DNA of 64,000 nt from Nitrospirota bacterium (lineage in GTDB: Bacteria; Nitrospirota; Thermodesulfovibrionia; Thermodesulfovibrionales; UBA9159): positions 72,870 to 136,869 of the forward strand of contig JAJYIF010000005.1 of NCBI GenBank assembly GCA_021790195.1, written 5' to 3'. Below are positions 18,835 through 28,761 of the stretch, one piece after another. The translations under genes and the position numbers were made by a program. Position 1 is the first letter of the stretch. Every line of letters begins with the position of its first letter. The notes under the pieces are model-generated. The model searched no databases, had not been told where the DNA came from, and was given only the letters and a program-made list of their open reading frames with translations.

Positions 18835-20028
18835 TCAATGCCTGGCCCGAAGAAAATCTTCTACAATAACTCTTATCTGCTTCACAAAAATTTCGCTTGA
18901 AAACATCTTAGACCGACTGGCAAGATGACTGCGGAGTTCTGCTTGTTTTGCCTCGTCCCGCAAAATAGAATCTATCTTAGTAACCGCATCCTCCACACTA
19001 TCGTATGCGAGAGACGGATGATCAACAATTTCGGCTTGTCCACCCTTTTCCGGGACAAAGGTAATGCACCCCGCCTTGACCATCTCAGCGACTGCAATGC
19101 CAAAGGCTTCACCCTGGCAGCCGTGAATCCCAAAGCGATGCTGCCTGATAAGCGCCATTTTCCCCATTCCCACGCAAAGTCCCTCAAACTTGATCCAGTC
19201 ACGTTCCTTACTGCAGACATCTTCAATAAACCTCGCATAAGAGGAATCGTCGACACTACCAATAATATGCAGGTGAATGTCATGTCCCCTTGTCTTCACC
19301 AACCCAAGGATTTCAATAATCCGCTCTATCCTCTTCTCAGGGGCAATGCGGCCTATGCAAACAAAGCCATTTTCTCTATCCTTAATCGATGGATCAGAAA
19401 CCCAATCGACCACAGGCGGGTAGAGGACTCCCAACTCCTTACCATATTTGGCCATAATTATACCGGCCGTCCATTTTGAATTTGCGAGTATAAGATCTTT
19501 TCCTGCAAACGGATTGCGCTGCCTTGGCTTTGCTATACTCCCAACAACACTCAGATAGACTCTTCGCAACAATGCATTACTATGAAATTTCCCCCTCGTT
19601 CCCAAAGGAATAGGATGGAGATCCTTTCGAATATCCTCACTCCACGAAAAATCAGCTATGCATTGTATCGCAGGGACACCGAAATCGACTATATTATAGG
19701 CGCTGACCAACACATCAAACTCATGGGCAATCTTGAGGCAGTATCGCTGATAGAAGGCGCCGCGCAACGCAGCCGCGCCGGATATGTTACAAAGAAAGCC
19801 CGGCAACGGAGCTTGGCGTATATGGAACTCATGAGGCCGCAGGGATGTGCCATAGTATTTATTCAGTCCTTCCAGGTCAACTTCTCCGGTAGTGATGAGA
19901 GAGACTTCATAGTCGTCTTTCAGCGCCTGCATCACCCACATTGCCCTCGCCTCAGAACCACCCCGGCCCAGTCGGGGATGCGCAATGCCAACCTTCTTCT
20001 TTTCATTATTCCGCAACGCTTGCACCAT
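18835..20028 (-). CDS. glycosyltransferase family 4
   Basis: 397 aa. GEAFGIAVAEMVKAGCITFVPEKGG matches the GT1/GT4 C-terminal nucleotide-sugar binding motif. Confidence 0.8.
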   Translation of the reverse strand: MVQALRNNEKKKVGIAHPRLGRGGSEARAMWVMQALKDDYEVSLITTGEVDLEGLNKYYGTSLRPHEFHIRQAPLPGFLCNISGAAALRGAFYQRYCLKIAHEFDVLVSAYNIVDFGVPAIQCIADFSWSEDIRKDLHPIPLGTRGKFHSNALLRRVYLSVVGSIAKPRQRNPFAGKDLILANSKWTAGIIMAKYGKELGVLYPPVVDWVSDPSIKDRENGFVCIGRIAPEKRIERIIEILGLVKTRGHDIHLHIIGSVDDSSYARFIEDVCSKERDWIKFEGLCVGMGKMALIRQHRFGIHGCQGEAFGIAVAEMVKAGCITFVPEKGGQAEIVDHPSLAYDSVEDAVTKIDSILRDEAKQAELRSHLASRSKMFSSEIFVKQIRVIVEDFLRARH

Positions 20029-20057
20029 TCTTCACAGTCTCTAAGAAGATAATGTTC

Positions 20058-22037
20058 TCAATTAGAACGTTTTCTCTGAAAAACATGAAACCAAATAGCA
20101 AAGAAAAGCAGCCGCCAGGAATGAACTGCAGTCGTCTGGTTATCGACCAGTCTACTCCACCCTGCGCGCAATGCTCCGACATCGAGAAATTCTCCGAGGT
20201 CGTCAGTAAAATAGTCAGCCACCTCGCTCTTGATCGACTTGAGCCATCGCGATTCCGGAGTAGAGAACCCCAGCTTGTCAGTCCTCAGTCTGATCTTCTC
20301 AGGCAGTATCCCCTTTGTAGCCTCGCGCAGGATGTATTTGCTCCACCCGTCATGTATCTTGTATACAGAGGGGATCTGAAAAACATATTCGATGAGGTTG
20401 ATATCATCGGCAAAGGGCGTCCTTGCCTCTACCGAAAAGCGCATAGAGTTCCTGTCCTCGTATTTGAGCAAGTACTTAAAGTCGAAACTCCTGATTGCAT
20501 TATGCAAGTCCTGATTCAATGATGCCGGAACATTAGAGTGATAAGACTCAATACGATACTTAAACTCATTCCAAAAATTCTTCTTCATGTAGTGCAATTC
20601 CCTTCTCACTTTCATAAACATTGCTTCCTTGATCGCGGAAGGCATTTTGATGTTCACAAACATCTTGATTAGCGCTGACATTAGATATTTCTTGTCGACT
20701 GGGGAGTTGCCGATATTAGTAAAGTTATTAAGGATATCCCTTACTGCAAAACTCCTCATTTTTTCCAGGTATGCAGTTATGAAATACCCTCTGTAGCCTG
20801 CGAATAATTCGTCGCCTCCCTGGCCATCCAGAAGGACCTTGATCCCGGTTTCTCCCGCAAGTTTCATTACATAATACTGAGCGATTATACTTGAGGAGAG
20901 GCACGGAACATCCTGAGCATACATCATATCTTCAATATCCCTGAGAATTAACTCCGGGGTCGGCCGCGCCCGAAACCATGATGATTTTGTCTGCCCGGCC
21001 ACTATACCGGCCCAGTCTGTCTCATCTTCCGGACCGCCATCGTAGCTTGCCGTGAAGACCTTCTGTCTTTCCCCGATCTCAGGATGTCTGTCATTGGCGA
21101 GCAAGCTATTGATAATACAGGCTATAGTCGAGCTGTCAAGTCCTCCACTGAGGCAGGTTCCTACGGGCACGTCAGATCTGAGCCTCAGCGAAATCGAGTC
21201 ACTAACAAGTTGCCTTGTCTTCTCCACGATTTCCCTGAAATACTTCTCGTCAAAAACCGCCCGGTCGTTTGAATACTTCAGTTCATAGTACTTGCGTCTT
21301 GTAAGGCCCATCGACGAAAGATCCAGCCGGAAGAGACAACTTGGTTGAAGCTCCAGAATATCACTGAATATTCCTTCTTCTTCGTTCTCAATCCTTGAAA
21401 GGGCGAGATAATCAAAAACCGCCTTAGGATTTATTCCCCTTCCTGCGAAAGGCAGCTTGACCAGTGCCTTTATTTCGGACGCGAAGGCAAAATACTCGGC
21501 ACTCACATAGTAATAAAGCGGTTTGACACCAAATCTGTCCCTTGCACCGAACAGCATGTTCCTTCTCTTGTCGTAGATCACAAATGCCCACATGCCGTTA
21601 AGTTTGTGAAGAAACGCTTCGCCCCAACACTCATAGGCGCTCAAAAGGACCTCCGTATCCGAATTCGTCCGGAAGCTGTATCCGGCAACTCTGAGTTCCT
21701 CCCTAAGTTCAATGTAGTTGTATATCTCGCCGTTAAAAACGATCCAGAGGGTGTTGTCCCTGTTGCTCATGGGTTGGTGACCGAGCGGCGAGAGGTCGAG
21801 AATAGAAAGTCTCCTGTGTCCAAGAAACAGGTTCGCTCCAGCCCCAAAGGCTTCGATTCGCTGCCCTTCGATCCTACTATCTCTCCCGGTCAGAGGGGTC
21901 AGCTCACCGGACGAAGTGTTTATGGCCAGATAGCCTTCATCGTCAGGCCCTCTGTGGACCAGTGCGTCGCAGGCGATCCTGATTAAGTCGGAAGAGATGT
22001 TCTTGCGATGATTAAATATTCCGGCTATTCCGCACAT
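20058..22037 (-). CDS. asparagine synthase (glutamine-hydrolysing) family amidotransferase, glycan-locus paralog
   Basis: 659 aa. N-terminal nucleophile MCGIAGIF and the PP-loop SGGLDSS. Confidence 0.92.
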   Translation of the reverse strand: MCGIAGIFNHRKNISSDLIRIACDALVHRGPDDEGYLAINTSSGELTPLTGRDSRIEGQRIEAFGAGANLFLGHRRLSILDLSPLGHQPMSNRDNTLWIVFNGEIYNYIELREELRVAGYSFRTNSDTEVLLSAYECWGEAFLHKLNGMWAFVIYDKRRNMLFGARDRFGVKPLYYYVSAEYFAFASEIKALVKLPFAGRGINPKAVFDYLALSRIENEEEGIFSDILELQPSCLFRLDLSSMGLTRRKYYELKYSNDRAVFDEKYFREIVEKTRQLVSDSISLRLRSDVPVGTCLSGGLDSSTIACIINSLLANDRHPEIGERQKVFTASYDGGPEDETDWAGIVAGQTKSSWFRARPTPELILRDIEDMMYAQDVPCLSSSIIAQYYVMKLAGETGIKVLLDGQGGDELFAGYRGYFITAYLEKMRSFAVRDILNNFTNIGNSPVDKKYLMSALIKMFVNIKMPSAIKEAMFMKVRRELHYMKKNFWNEFKYRIESYHSNVPASLNQDLHNAIRSFDFKYLLKYEDRNSMRFSVEARTPFADDINLIEYVFQIPSVYKIHDGWSKYILREATKGILPEKIRLRTDKLGFSTPESRWLKSIKSEVADYFTDDLGEFLDVGALRAGWSRLVDNQTTAVHSWRLLFFAIWFHVFQRKRSN

Positions 22038-22169
22038 TAACGTTCAGTTCCTATAATGAATTAGTAAAGCACAACGAACATTTGTGCCCATTTGAACCTA
22101 TCCTTCGAGTAGATTTTCATCCGCGGTATTTAAGGGGAAAAAACAACCCTTCAGTAAGTTTATGAGAGC

Positions 22170-23255
22170 TCATCTTTTGCGATCGCGCCATTTCAGTGCA
22201 GCTTGATCGTGATATTTCCATTTTCCAAAAGTACCTCTATATCCATCCCATACACCACAGATTATAGCCCATGCCGAACAGAATCGTTGGTTCAATAGAT
22301 TCTTTAATACTTGCCCAGACCGATGCAGCAAATTGAACGAATAAAATAGTATTCTCAGTTGCAAAGAAAGCATCTCTCTGCCTCGTATTATGAGATTTCG
22401 AGTTTGGTAATAATAAGCTATGGGGCTATGTCTCCCGCCCGAACTGTGAGCGTGCTTGTGGTAAATGATGCTACGCTTCGATACGATAATCGTATACCCA
22501 ACTTCACGTGCGGTCCAACAGAATGAAAATTCATCGCCATATAGAAATAGTCTATCGTCAAAATAATTACCTGTTATGGCATAAACGCCCATGAGCGTAT
22601 CTTTTCGAATCAGCATACCCGCGCCGCTTACCCAGTGGAAGTTCCAGAAATGCTCGTCCACTCCCACGGGGGGCATAGGCCAGCGAACAATAGGATGAAA
22701 ATATTCTCGAAATAGCGGGAAATTTCCATAGCCTCCCAAACACCCTATCTCCCCACTCGCTTCGTCCTTAATGACGGAGCCGACAATACCGGCATCGGCT
22801 TCACGTGAAGCCGACACTAGCTGTATTAAACACTCCTTATCAACTTTGGCGTCGTTATTCAGAAGGAAACAAAAATCTGCAGGATGTTTTTTCCTAAGGA
22901 CATAATGAAATGCCACATTACATCCGCCTGTAAAACCCAGATTCTCTTCGTTTCTAATCAAAACCATCTTAGATTTTGAAGCCACATGTTCGAAATTTTC
23001 TTCATTTTGTTCTTTTCCACCCTGCAATGCCTCAGCTCGTGTATATTCGAGAAAGACATGTGCCTTACCCAGCGCTTCACCAGCCCAAGCTCTAATTTTC
23101 TCAGATGAACCATCCCACGAACCATTGTCCACAACAATAAGAAGAAAGTTTGGATAGGTAAGCTGTAGGGCAGCTTCCAGACATTCAATGGTATCACGCC
23201 AGCCGTTCCAGTTAAGAATAATAATGGCAACATTAGGAGGATTATTCATGGTCAT
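22170..23255 (-). CDS. glycosyltransferase family 2
   Basis: VAIIILNWNGWRDTIECLEAALQLTY, VDNGSWDGS and LLNNDA motifs. I start at the ATG at 23255 (MTMNNPP), which avoids overlapping the upstream gene; the track start is 23315. Confidence 0.85.
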   Translation of the reverse strand: MTMNNPPNVAIIILNWNGWRDTIECLEAALQLTYPNFLLIVVDNGSWDGSSEKIRAWAGEALGKAHVFLEYTRAEALQGGKEQNEENFEHVASKSKMVLIRNEENLGFTGGCNVAFHYVLRKKHPADFCFLLNNDAKVDKECLIQLVSASREADAGIVGSVIKDEASGEIGCLGGYGNFPLFREYFHPIVRWPMPPVGVDEHFWNFHWVSGAGMLIRKDTLMGVYAITGNYFDDRLFLYGDEFSFCWTAREVGYTIIVSKRSIIYHKHAHSSGGRHSPIAYYYQTRNLIIRGREMLSLQLRILFYSFNLLHRSGQVLKNLLNQRFCSAWAIICGVWDGYRGTFGKWKYHDQAALKWRDRKR

Positions 23256-23265
23256 ACCGATGAGA

Positions 23266-24483
23266 TCATTGATGTAATTCAAACTCTTCGTGCATATAAT
23301 CTTTAAATTTCCCACCTACCAAATCATCAAAAAAGTTGACCTTGTTGAATGTGTATTCATTGATGACCTCATGCAGTATCTCTTCAAGAACATCTGTTCT
23401 CTTGGGCCATGTGAAGTTCTTACATGTATCTAAAGCGTTTTGAACCATTCTTGTGCATTCTCCCGGATTTTCAATGGCATAGGCAATCTTGTTCGCCATA
23501 GTCTCCACCTCCCTGGGAGGCGAAACCAGACCGTTAACTCCATTAGCTACATAATCTTCTGTGCCATATCTCGTCGTAATGACTAAGCTACCACATGCCA
23601 TAGCTTCAATAGGAGGCAAAGGAAAACTTTCATACCATGATGTCAATAGGACAATATCTGCCCCCGAATACAATGCTGCCAGTTCTTCGCCGAATATCTT
23701 GCCGACATACTCGAACTCCACATCGTACCTGTTAGTAGGAGGACGCAATCCATACACTTTCCATTTTATATTTACGTTCTTTCTGATAAGTTTCTCTCTT
23801 GCAATTGACACTGCCTTAACCGCATCCCCGAATCCCTTCCATTCCCTAGTCTCATCAAAATAACTAACAACTAACCAATCCTTCTTATCATAGTATTTTT
23901 CTTTCGGCTCCTTATAGGATCTAAAGACATTTAGGTCTATCCCCGGATTTAAAAGATAAGGTTCATCATGAAAGTGCTTCCTTATTAGGTTCTTCAACCA
24001 TATAGAATTGGCCACTTTTATAAGAGGCAGCTTATAAGTGTTTCGCACAATCAGTCTTTGCAACTTGTCAGGGAAAGATATTTCTTCAAAATGCTGCATG
24101 TGATAAATGGGTACCGTTTTATCAGATAGATAATATGCTGCATAGGCGGTCAAGCAATAGGTCGCAATCGTTACATCAGAGTCCGCCCAGTTTCTTATGA
24201 GCCCTCTTGTCAAGCGATAAAGATAAAGATAAGGCTGATACTTCTTGAAAAGAGAATAAACGGGTGACACTCTAACAATTGGTTTAACGACCCTTCTCAA
24301 GATAGATGGCTTTGTTGTAATTTTGACTCTATCCTTCCATATTCCCGGTTCCCATCTCAGTCGCTGATCGGGCAGTACTGCATATACCTCGTGACCTCGT
24401 TTGACAAGCTCATCCATAAAACTGTATAAGACCAATGAGCCTCCTGTCCTTCCCCACTCGAATAACAAATAAGATATCTTCAT
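23266..24483 (-). CDS. glycosyltransferase family 4
   Basis: 405 aa. ESFPLPPIEAMACGSLVITTRYG is a GT-B C-terminal motif. Confidence 0.8.
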   Translation of the reverse strand: MKISYLLFEWGRTGGSLVLYSFMDELVKRGHEVYAVLPDQRLRWEPGIWKDRVKITTKPSILRRVVKPIVRVSPVYSLFKKYQPYLYLYRLTRGLIRNWADSDVTIATYCLTAYAAYYLSDKTVPIYHMQHFEEISFPDKLQRLIVRNTYKLPLIKVANSIWLKNLIRKHFHDEPYLLNPGIDLNVFRSYKEPKEKYYDKKDWLVVSYFDETREWKGFGDAVKAVSIAREKLIRKNVNIKWKVYGLRPPTNRYDVEFEYVGKIFGEELAALYSGADIVLLTSWYESFPLPPIEAMACGSLVITTRYGTEDYVANGVNGLVSPPREVETMANKIAYAIENPGECTRMVQNALDTCKNFTWPKRTDVLEEILHEVINEYTFNKVNFFDDLVGGKFKDYMHEEFELHQ

Positions 24484-24496
24484 TCTTTCTTTCTAT

Positions 24497-25588
24497 TCAA
24501 ACCTCATTAAATAACTCCAATGCTCCAGCAACAACCTGATCCATATTCAAATATCTATACTCCGCCAACCTTCCGACGAAATAGACATTGTTTAGTTTGT
24601 TCGCTTCTTCCTCGTATTTCCGATACATCTCCTGATACTCCGCTCTCGGAATCGGATAGTATGGGTCTCCTTCGGGTTTTGGATACTCGTAACATATGGT
24701 CGTCTTGTCGTGCTTCTGAAGATAAAAATGTTTGAACTCGGTGATCCTCGTAAAATCATGATCATTCGGATAATTTACAACTGCCGCGTCTTGATATCTT
24801 TCCACAGACAGTGTTTCAAACTTGAAGTCGAGACTTCTGTATGGAAGCTTCCCATGTTTATAGTTGAAGAAATAATCAATGGGGCCTGTGAATATGAGCT
24901 TTTCGTATTCTGTTTCACCAACCACTTCTTTATAGTCCGCGTTAAGGAGAATATGGATATTCCTGTTGTCCAGCATCCTCTCAAACATCTTTGTATATCC
25001 ATGCTTGGGCATACCCTGATATTGATCAGTAAAGTATCTCGTGTCTCGATTAAATCTCACCGGCAGTCTTCTTGTCACTTGCGGATCAAGCTCGTCAGGA
25101 TATACACCCCACTGCTTTTTCGTATAATTTTTAAAAAATAACTCATACAGTTCCTCGCCCACCTGTGAAACAACCACATCTTTCGAGTTCTTGATTTCAT
25201 CGACCTTGACCCTGCGACTTTCGAAATAATCCTCAAGCTCTTCAGGTGTAAACGTTCGATCAAACAGCTTCTCCATAGTATCAAGATTTATAGGAAGATA
25301 GACTTCTTTTCCTTTTACTTTTGCCAGCACCCTGTGAACGTAATTGTTCCATTCCGTGAACTGGGAAAGATAGTCCCATACCATCTTATTATTCGTATGA
25401 AAGATATGGGGGCCATACTTTTGGACAAGGATGCCGTCTTCATTATAGTAATCATAAGCATTGCCGCCTACGTGGTTCCTTTTTTCCACCAGCAATACTT
25501 CTTTCTCAAGCTGCACGGCAATCCGTTCGGCAAGTGTGCAGCCAGCAAATCCGGCACCAACGATAAGAAAGTCAACCTTCATTTTCAA
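24497..25588 (-). CDS. glf: UDP-galactopyranose mutase
   Basis: 363 aa. FAD motif DFLIVGAGFAGCTLAERIA, then HVGGNAYDY, and the C-terminal FVGRLAEYRYLNMDQ typical of Glf. Confidence 0.93.
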   Translation of the reverse strand: MKMKVDFLIVGAGFAGCTLAERIAVQLEKEVLLVEKRNHVGGNAYDYYNEDGILVQKYGPHIFHTNNKMVWDYLSQFTEWNNYVHRVLAKVKGKEVYLPINLDTMEKLFDRTFTPEELEDYFESRRVKVDEIKNSKDVVVSQVGEELYELFFKNYTKKQWGVYPDELDPQVTRRLPVRFNRDTRYFTDQYQGMPKHGYTKMFERMLDNRNIHILLNADYKEVVGETEYEKLIFTGPIDYFFNYKHGKLPYRSLDFKFETLSVERYQDAAVVNYPNDHDFTRITEFKHFYLQKHDKTTICYEYPKPEGDPYYPIPRAEYQEMYRKYEEEANKLNNVYFVGRLAEYRYLNMDQVVAGALELFNEV

Positions 25589-26375
25589 CGTGCTCGCTTA
25601 GCTCAAATACCGCAAACAGCGAGCAACTCACTCGCTCGCTATTGTAAAGATCCAAGAACCTGAACGGGTACAAGAGGAGCCCTTTTAAGAAACTGATGTA
25701 TCTTATATTGAGGAAGAAGCGATAATAAAGCGCACAGCCGATATTGCTTATAAGTCCGGTATTATACTCGCTGTAAATCATTGTTGCACCGATCTCATTA
25801 AAAAGATACTTCAACCCCTGCGAAGTAAACCCGTCGACGAGGTGGCCGACTTTCTCGTGAAAGTCTTGCCCAAACACTCGTTTATAATTTGGCGTAGGAA
25901 CAGACACAACAATAATCCCTTTCTCCCCAAGTACTGACTTCAATTGTTGCAAGATTGCGACCGGATTCTTAACATGTTCCAGAAAGTCAATCAGGAAAAT
26001 CGTATCGAAGCGGTTAGTTACGTCTGCAAATGTGTAAGTTGTAGCATCAGCGCAGACAAACCTCAAACTTTTGTCAATATTCATCTTACCGGCGATCTCG
26101 TTGGCATTATTAATAGCATCGGCATTCAGATCGAAGCCGACATAGGATATCTGTTCGATATCTAAAATCTTTGGGAGTTCAAACGCCAGTGTTCCCATTC
26201 CACTGCCAACTTCCATTATTCTGTGGGGTTTGTCTTTCCCAAGAAAGTTTCTCAGATATTTCAATACCGGGTTCAATCTGATATGGCTATGCAGATCCAA
26301 AGTGCCGAGAATAGCAGTGATACCGCTTTTAATCTTTCCCGTGTAAAGGCACTTCTGAAGATCACCGACAGGCAC
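25572..26375 (-). CDS. class I SAM-dependent methyltransferase
   Basis: 267 aa. Motif I is IMEVGSGMGTLAFEL, followed by FDTIFLIDFLEHV. GTG start abuts the wzx stop. Confidence 0.8.
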   Translation of the reverse strand: MPVGDLQKCLYTGKIKSGITAILGTLDLHSHIRLNPVLKYLRNFLGKDKPHRIMEVGSGMGTLAFELPKILDIEQISYVGFDLNADAINNANEIAGKMNIDKSLRFVCADATTYTFADVTNRFDTIFLIDFLEHVKNPVAILQQLKSVLGEKGIIVVSVPTPNYKRVFGQDFHEKVGHLVDGFTSQGLKYLFNEIGATMIYSEYNTGLISNIGCALYYRFFLNIRYISFLKGLLLYPFRFLDLYNSERVSCSLFAVFELSEHVENEG

Positions 26376-27656
26376 TTATTCTGCGCTCCCCTTTATGGCA
26401 CACTTCAATGACGGCATAATGGCGTATTTGCGATAGTAAACAAACGATGACACTAGCACAATTATCTCAGTCAGCAGAATATTTATACTGATACCGACAT
26501 GTCCCATCCCGAGTAAATAAACAAATATTAGTGCACCTATCAGACTCGCAACACTCGAAGAGATAATAATCCTTGACCACGCCCTGGTAAAGCCGAACGC
26601 CAAGAGGAAAAAGTTTGAGTAAATTGTGGCCATGCCAATGATAAAAGGCAAGAAAGACAATATCCTAATCACAGGTATGCTTTCTTTAAACTGCTCTCCG
26701 AGGATAAGATTGCTAAGCGGCGCAGCAAAGATACACAAAGAAAAAGATAGCACAAACATGGGCAACCCGATGATCCGTACGAGCCTTTTCATAAAGGCCA
26801 TGGCGACATCCCTTGATTCATTTGCCAGTTTGCTGATATGTGGATAAACTGTTTGTGACAGCGGACCCATCAGTCCTTGCACAGCCTTGACAATCTTTTC
26901 CCCCGCACTAAAATAACCTACGACCGTAGTGCCGGCAAAGATGCCAAGTATAAAAGTATTGCTTATGGTATAAAGACTGATAGCTATCGTTGAGATGAAT
27001 ATGTGCCAGCCTTCCCTAAGCTGATATTTTATTTCGCTTGATTCCGGCCACCTGAACTTCACTTCAAGTTTAAACAAAACTATTAATAGTGCGATTATGC
27101 CAACGAAAAGAGATCCGATAGCAGTAATCAAAGGCACATAAGGATAATCATTTTGAGACCTTATAAAAATAAAGATACAGATAGTAAAAAATGCTCTCGA
27201 AAACATATTAAATATTGCTATTTGCTTCATTTTCTCCAAGCCCTGGAAAAGCCATGAGGGGAATAGGACACCGCCCAAAACGACGCCAAAGGTAAAAATA
27301 TAAACCAGCCATTCGGCGCGGAACCTTGGGATACTGAAAACAACGATACACATAACCAGGAAACTTAGAATCATAAGAGCCGCCTTGATCAAGACCACCG
27401 AACTGAAGATCTCATCGACTCTCTCCTTGTTGTCTCTGTGAATTGAAACACTCCTCGTTGCCGAAAGGCCAAAACCATAATCAGTAACGAGTCCGAAATA
27501 GCCGATGAACGCCTGAGCAAAGGCAAGCAGCCCAAATTTTTCAGGTCCAAGCACTCTCACAAGATACGGAACCGTTATAAGTGGGAAAACATAATTCGCA
27601 ACCTGAACACTGGAAAGAGACAGGAAATTTGAGATTAGTCTTTTTCTATTACTCAC
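26376..27656 (-). CDS. wzx: oligosaccharide flippase (Wzx/RfbX, MOP superfamily)
   Basis: 426 aa with about 12 membrane segments. N-terminus LISNFLSLSSVQVANYVFPLITVPYLVRVLGPEKFG is typical of the polysaccharide biosynthesis protein family. Confidence 0.85.
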   Translation of the reverse strand: MSNRKRLISNFLSLSSVQVANYVFPLITVPYLVRVLGPEKFGLLAFAQAFIGYFGLVTDYGFGLSATRSVSIHRDNKERVDEIFSSVVLIKAALMILSFLVMCIVVFSIPRFRAEWLVYIFTFGVVLGGVLFPSWLFQGLEKMKQIAIFNMFSRAFFTICIFIFIRSQNDYPYVPLITAIGSLFVGIIALLIVLFKLEVKFRWPESSEIKYQLREGWHIFISTIAISLYTISNTFILGIFAGTTVVGYFSAGEKIVKAVQGLMGPLSQTVYPHISKLANESRDVAMAFMKRLVRIIGLPMFVLSFSLCIFAAPLSNLILGEQFKESIPVIRILSFLPFIIGMATIYSNFFLLAFGFTRAWSRIIISSSVASLIGALIFVYLLGMGHVGISINILLTEIIVLVSSFVYYRKYAIMPSLKCAIKGSAE

Positions 27657-27724
27657 TATTTACTCAGAAACTTTCGTGATTAGCGACAGACTAATTTCCA
27701 GGCTGCGGCGCTCGCGCTTCGTCT

Positions 27725-28498
27725 TTAATCATACTTCCTGATCCCGGCCAGCTCAAGCAGTACATGCCAGACAAACTGCGGGCCTTCGATCAGGTCGCGG
27801 CGCCATAGTTTCCTCGGCTCCTTCATAAACCGCCACACCCATTCCAGCCCGCTCCTTCCGACCCACCCGGGAACGCGTTTCACCTTCCCGCTCAAGAAAA
27901 GAAAAGCGGCTCCTACCCCTATAGCGACAGGGACTTTCAGTCTGTCCTTATGCTCGAATATCCATCTGTCCTGCTTCGGCAGCCCGAGGCCCACCCAGAG
28001 GACGTCCGGCCGCGCCTCGTTTATCATCCTGACAACGCGCTCGTCCTCCTCCGGTGTCAGCGGCCGGAAAGGGGGCGAGAAGAACCCCGCGATCCTATGA
28101 CCCGGATATTTTTCTCCGATGTTTTCCTTCAGCGCCGTCAGGGTGTCGTCCGTATCGCCGTAGAAGAAACTGCTGTAACCCTTTTTATCTGCAAGCTCAA
28201 AGAAGGCCTTCATGATATCGGCCCCAGGCGTCCGCTCCGCTCCACGAAACCCCTTGAGCTTCGCTACGGCAACCGGCGCTATGCCGTCCGGCGCCCAGAG
28301 GTCCGCTGAATTGAGCATGGCCCTGAAATCGGCGTCCTTGTGGGCTTCCCATATCCCGTGAAACCCGGTAACAACAACTCTCCTGCACGTTCTCTCGCGG
28401 CTCGATATCCAATGGTCTATCTCTCCGACAATCTGCGGCAGCTTAAGGAGCTGCACCCTGGACCCTAATATCTTCACACAGTTATCGCCGCCGGACAT
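27725..28498 (-). CDS. WecB/TagA/CpsF family glycosyltransferase (GT26)
   Basis: About 257 aa. GFHGIWEA ... ADLWAPDGIAPVAVAK ... FFYGDTDDT ... LWVGLGLPKQDRW is the GT26 pattern. ATG at 28498. Confidence 0.88.
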   Translation of the reverse strand: MSGGDNCVKILGSRVQLLKLPQIVGEIDHWISSRERTCRRVVVTGFHGIWEAHKDADFRAMLNSADLWAPDGIAPVAVAKLKGFRGAERTPGADIMKAFFELADKKGYSSFFYGDTDDTLTALKENIGEKYPGHRIAGFFSPPFRPLTPEEDERVVRMINEARPDVLWVGLGLPKQDRWIFEHKDRLKVPVAIGVGAAFLFLSGKVKRVPGWVGRSGLEWVWRFMKEPRKLWRRDLIEGPQFVWHVLLELAGIRKYD

Positions 28499-28570
28499 CA
28501 ATCAAATCTCTTGCGAGCGGGTATAAGGTCTCCCTTCGCGCTATTGCGCGAGCAAATGCCGCTCCTGTCA

Positions 28571-28750
28571 TTACTGGATAAATGAAAGAACTGCGACGCC
28601 GGCGACAAGACCGCAAACAAGGGCAACAAAAATATAGATGATCCTGTTCCGGCCCGCGCGCAGGGTCAAGATCCCCTTGATCCTTCTGAAGAGGCTCTTT
28701 TTCCTGCGGACTCTCTTTCTCCCGGAATGGTGTGAGACTGTATCACTCAT
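28571..28750 (-). CDS. possible 59-aa tail-anchored basic membrane protein (below the ORF-track size cutoff)
   Basis: My translation: MSDTVSHHSGRKRVRRKKSLFRRIKGILTLRAGRNRIIYIFVALVCGLVAGVAVLSFIQ. It fills the gmd to GT26 gap on the operon strand, but I see no clear Shine-Dalgarno. Confidence 0.3.
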   Translation of the reverse strand: MSDTVSHHSGRKRVRRKKSLFRRIKGILTLRAGRNRIIYIFVALVCGLVAGVAVLSFIQ

Positions 28751-28761
28751 AAGAACAGCTG

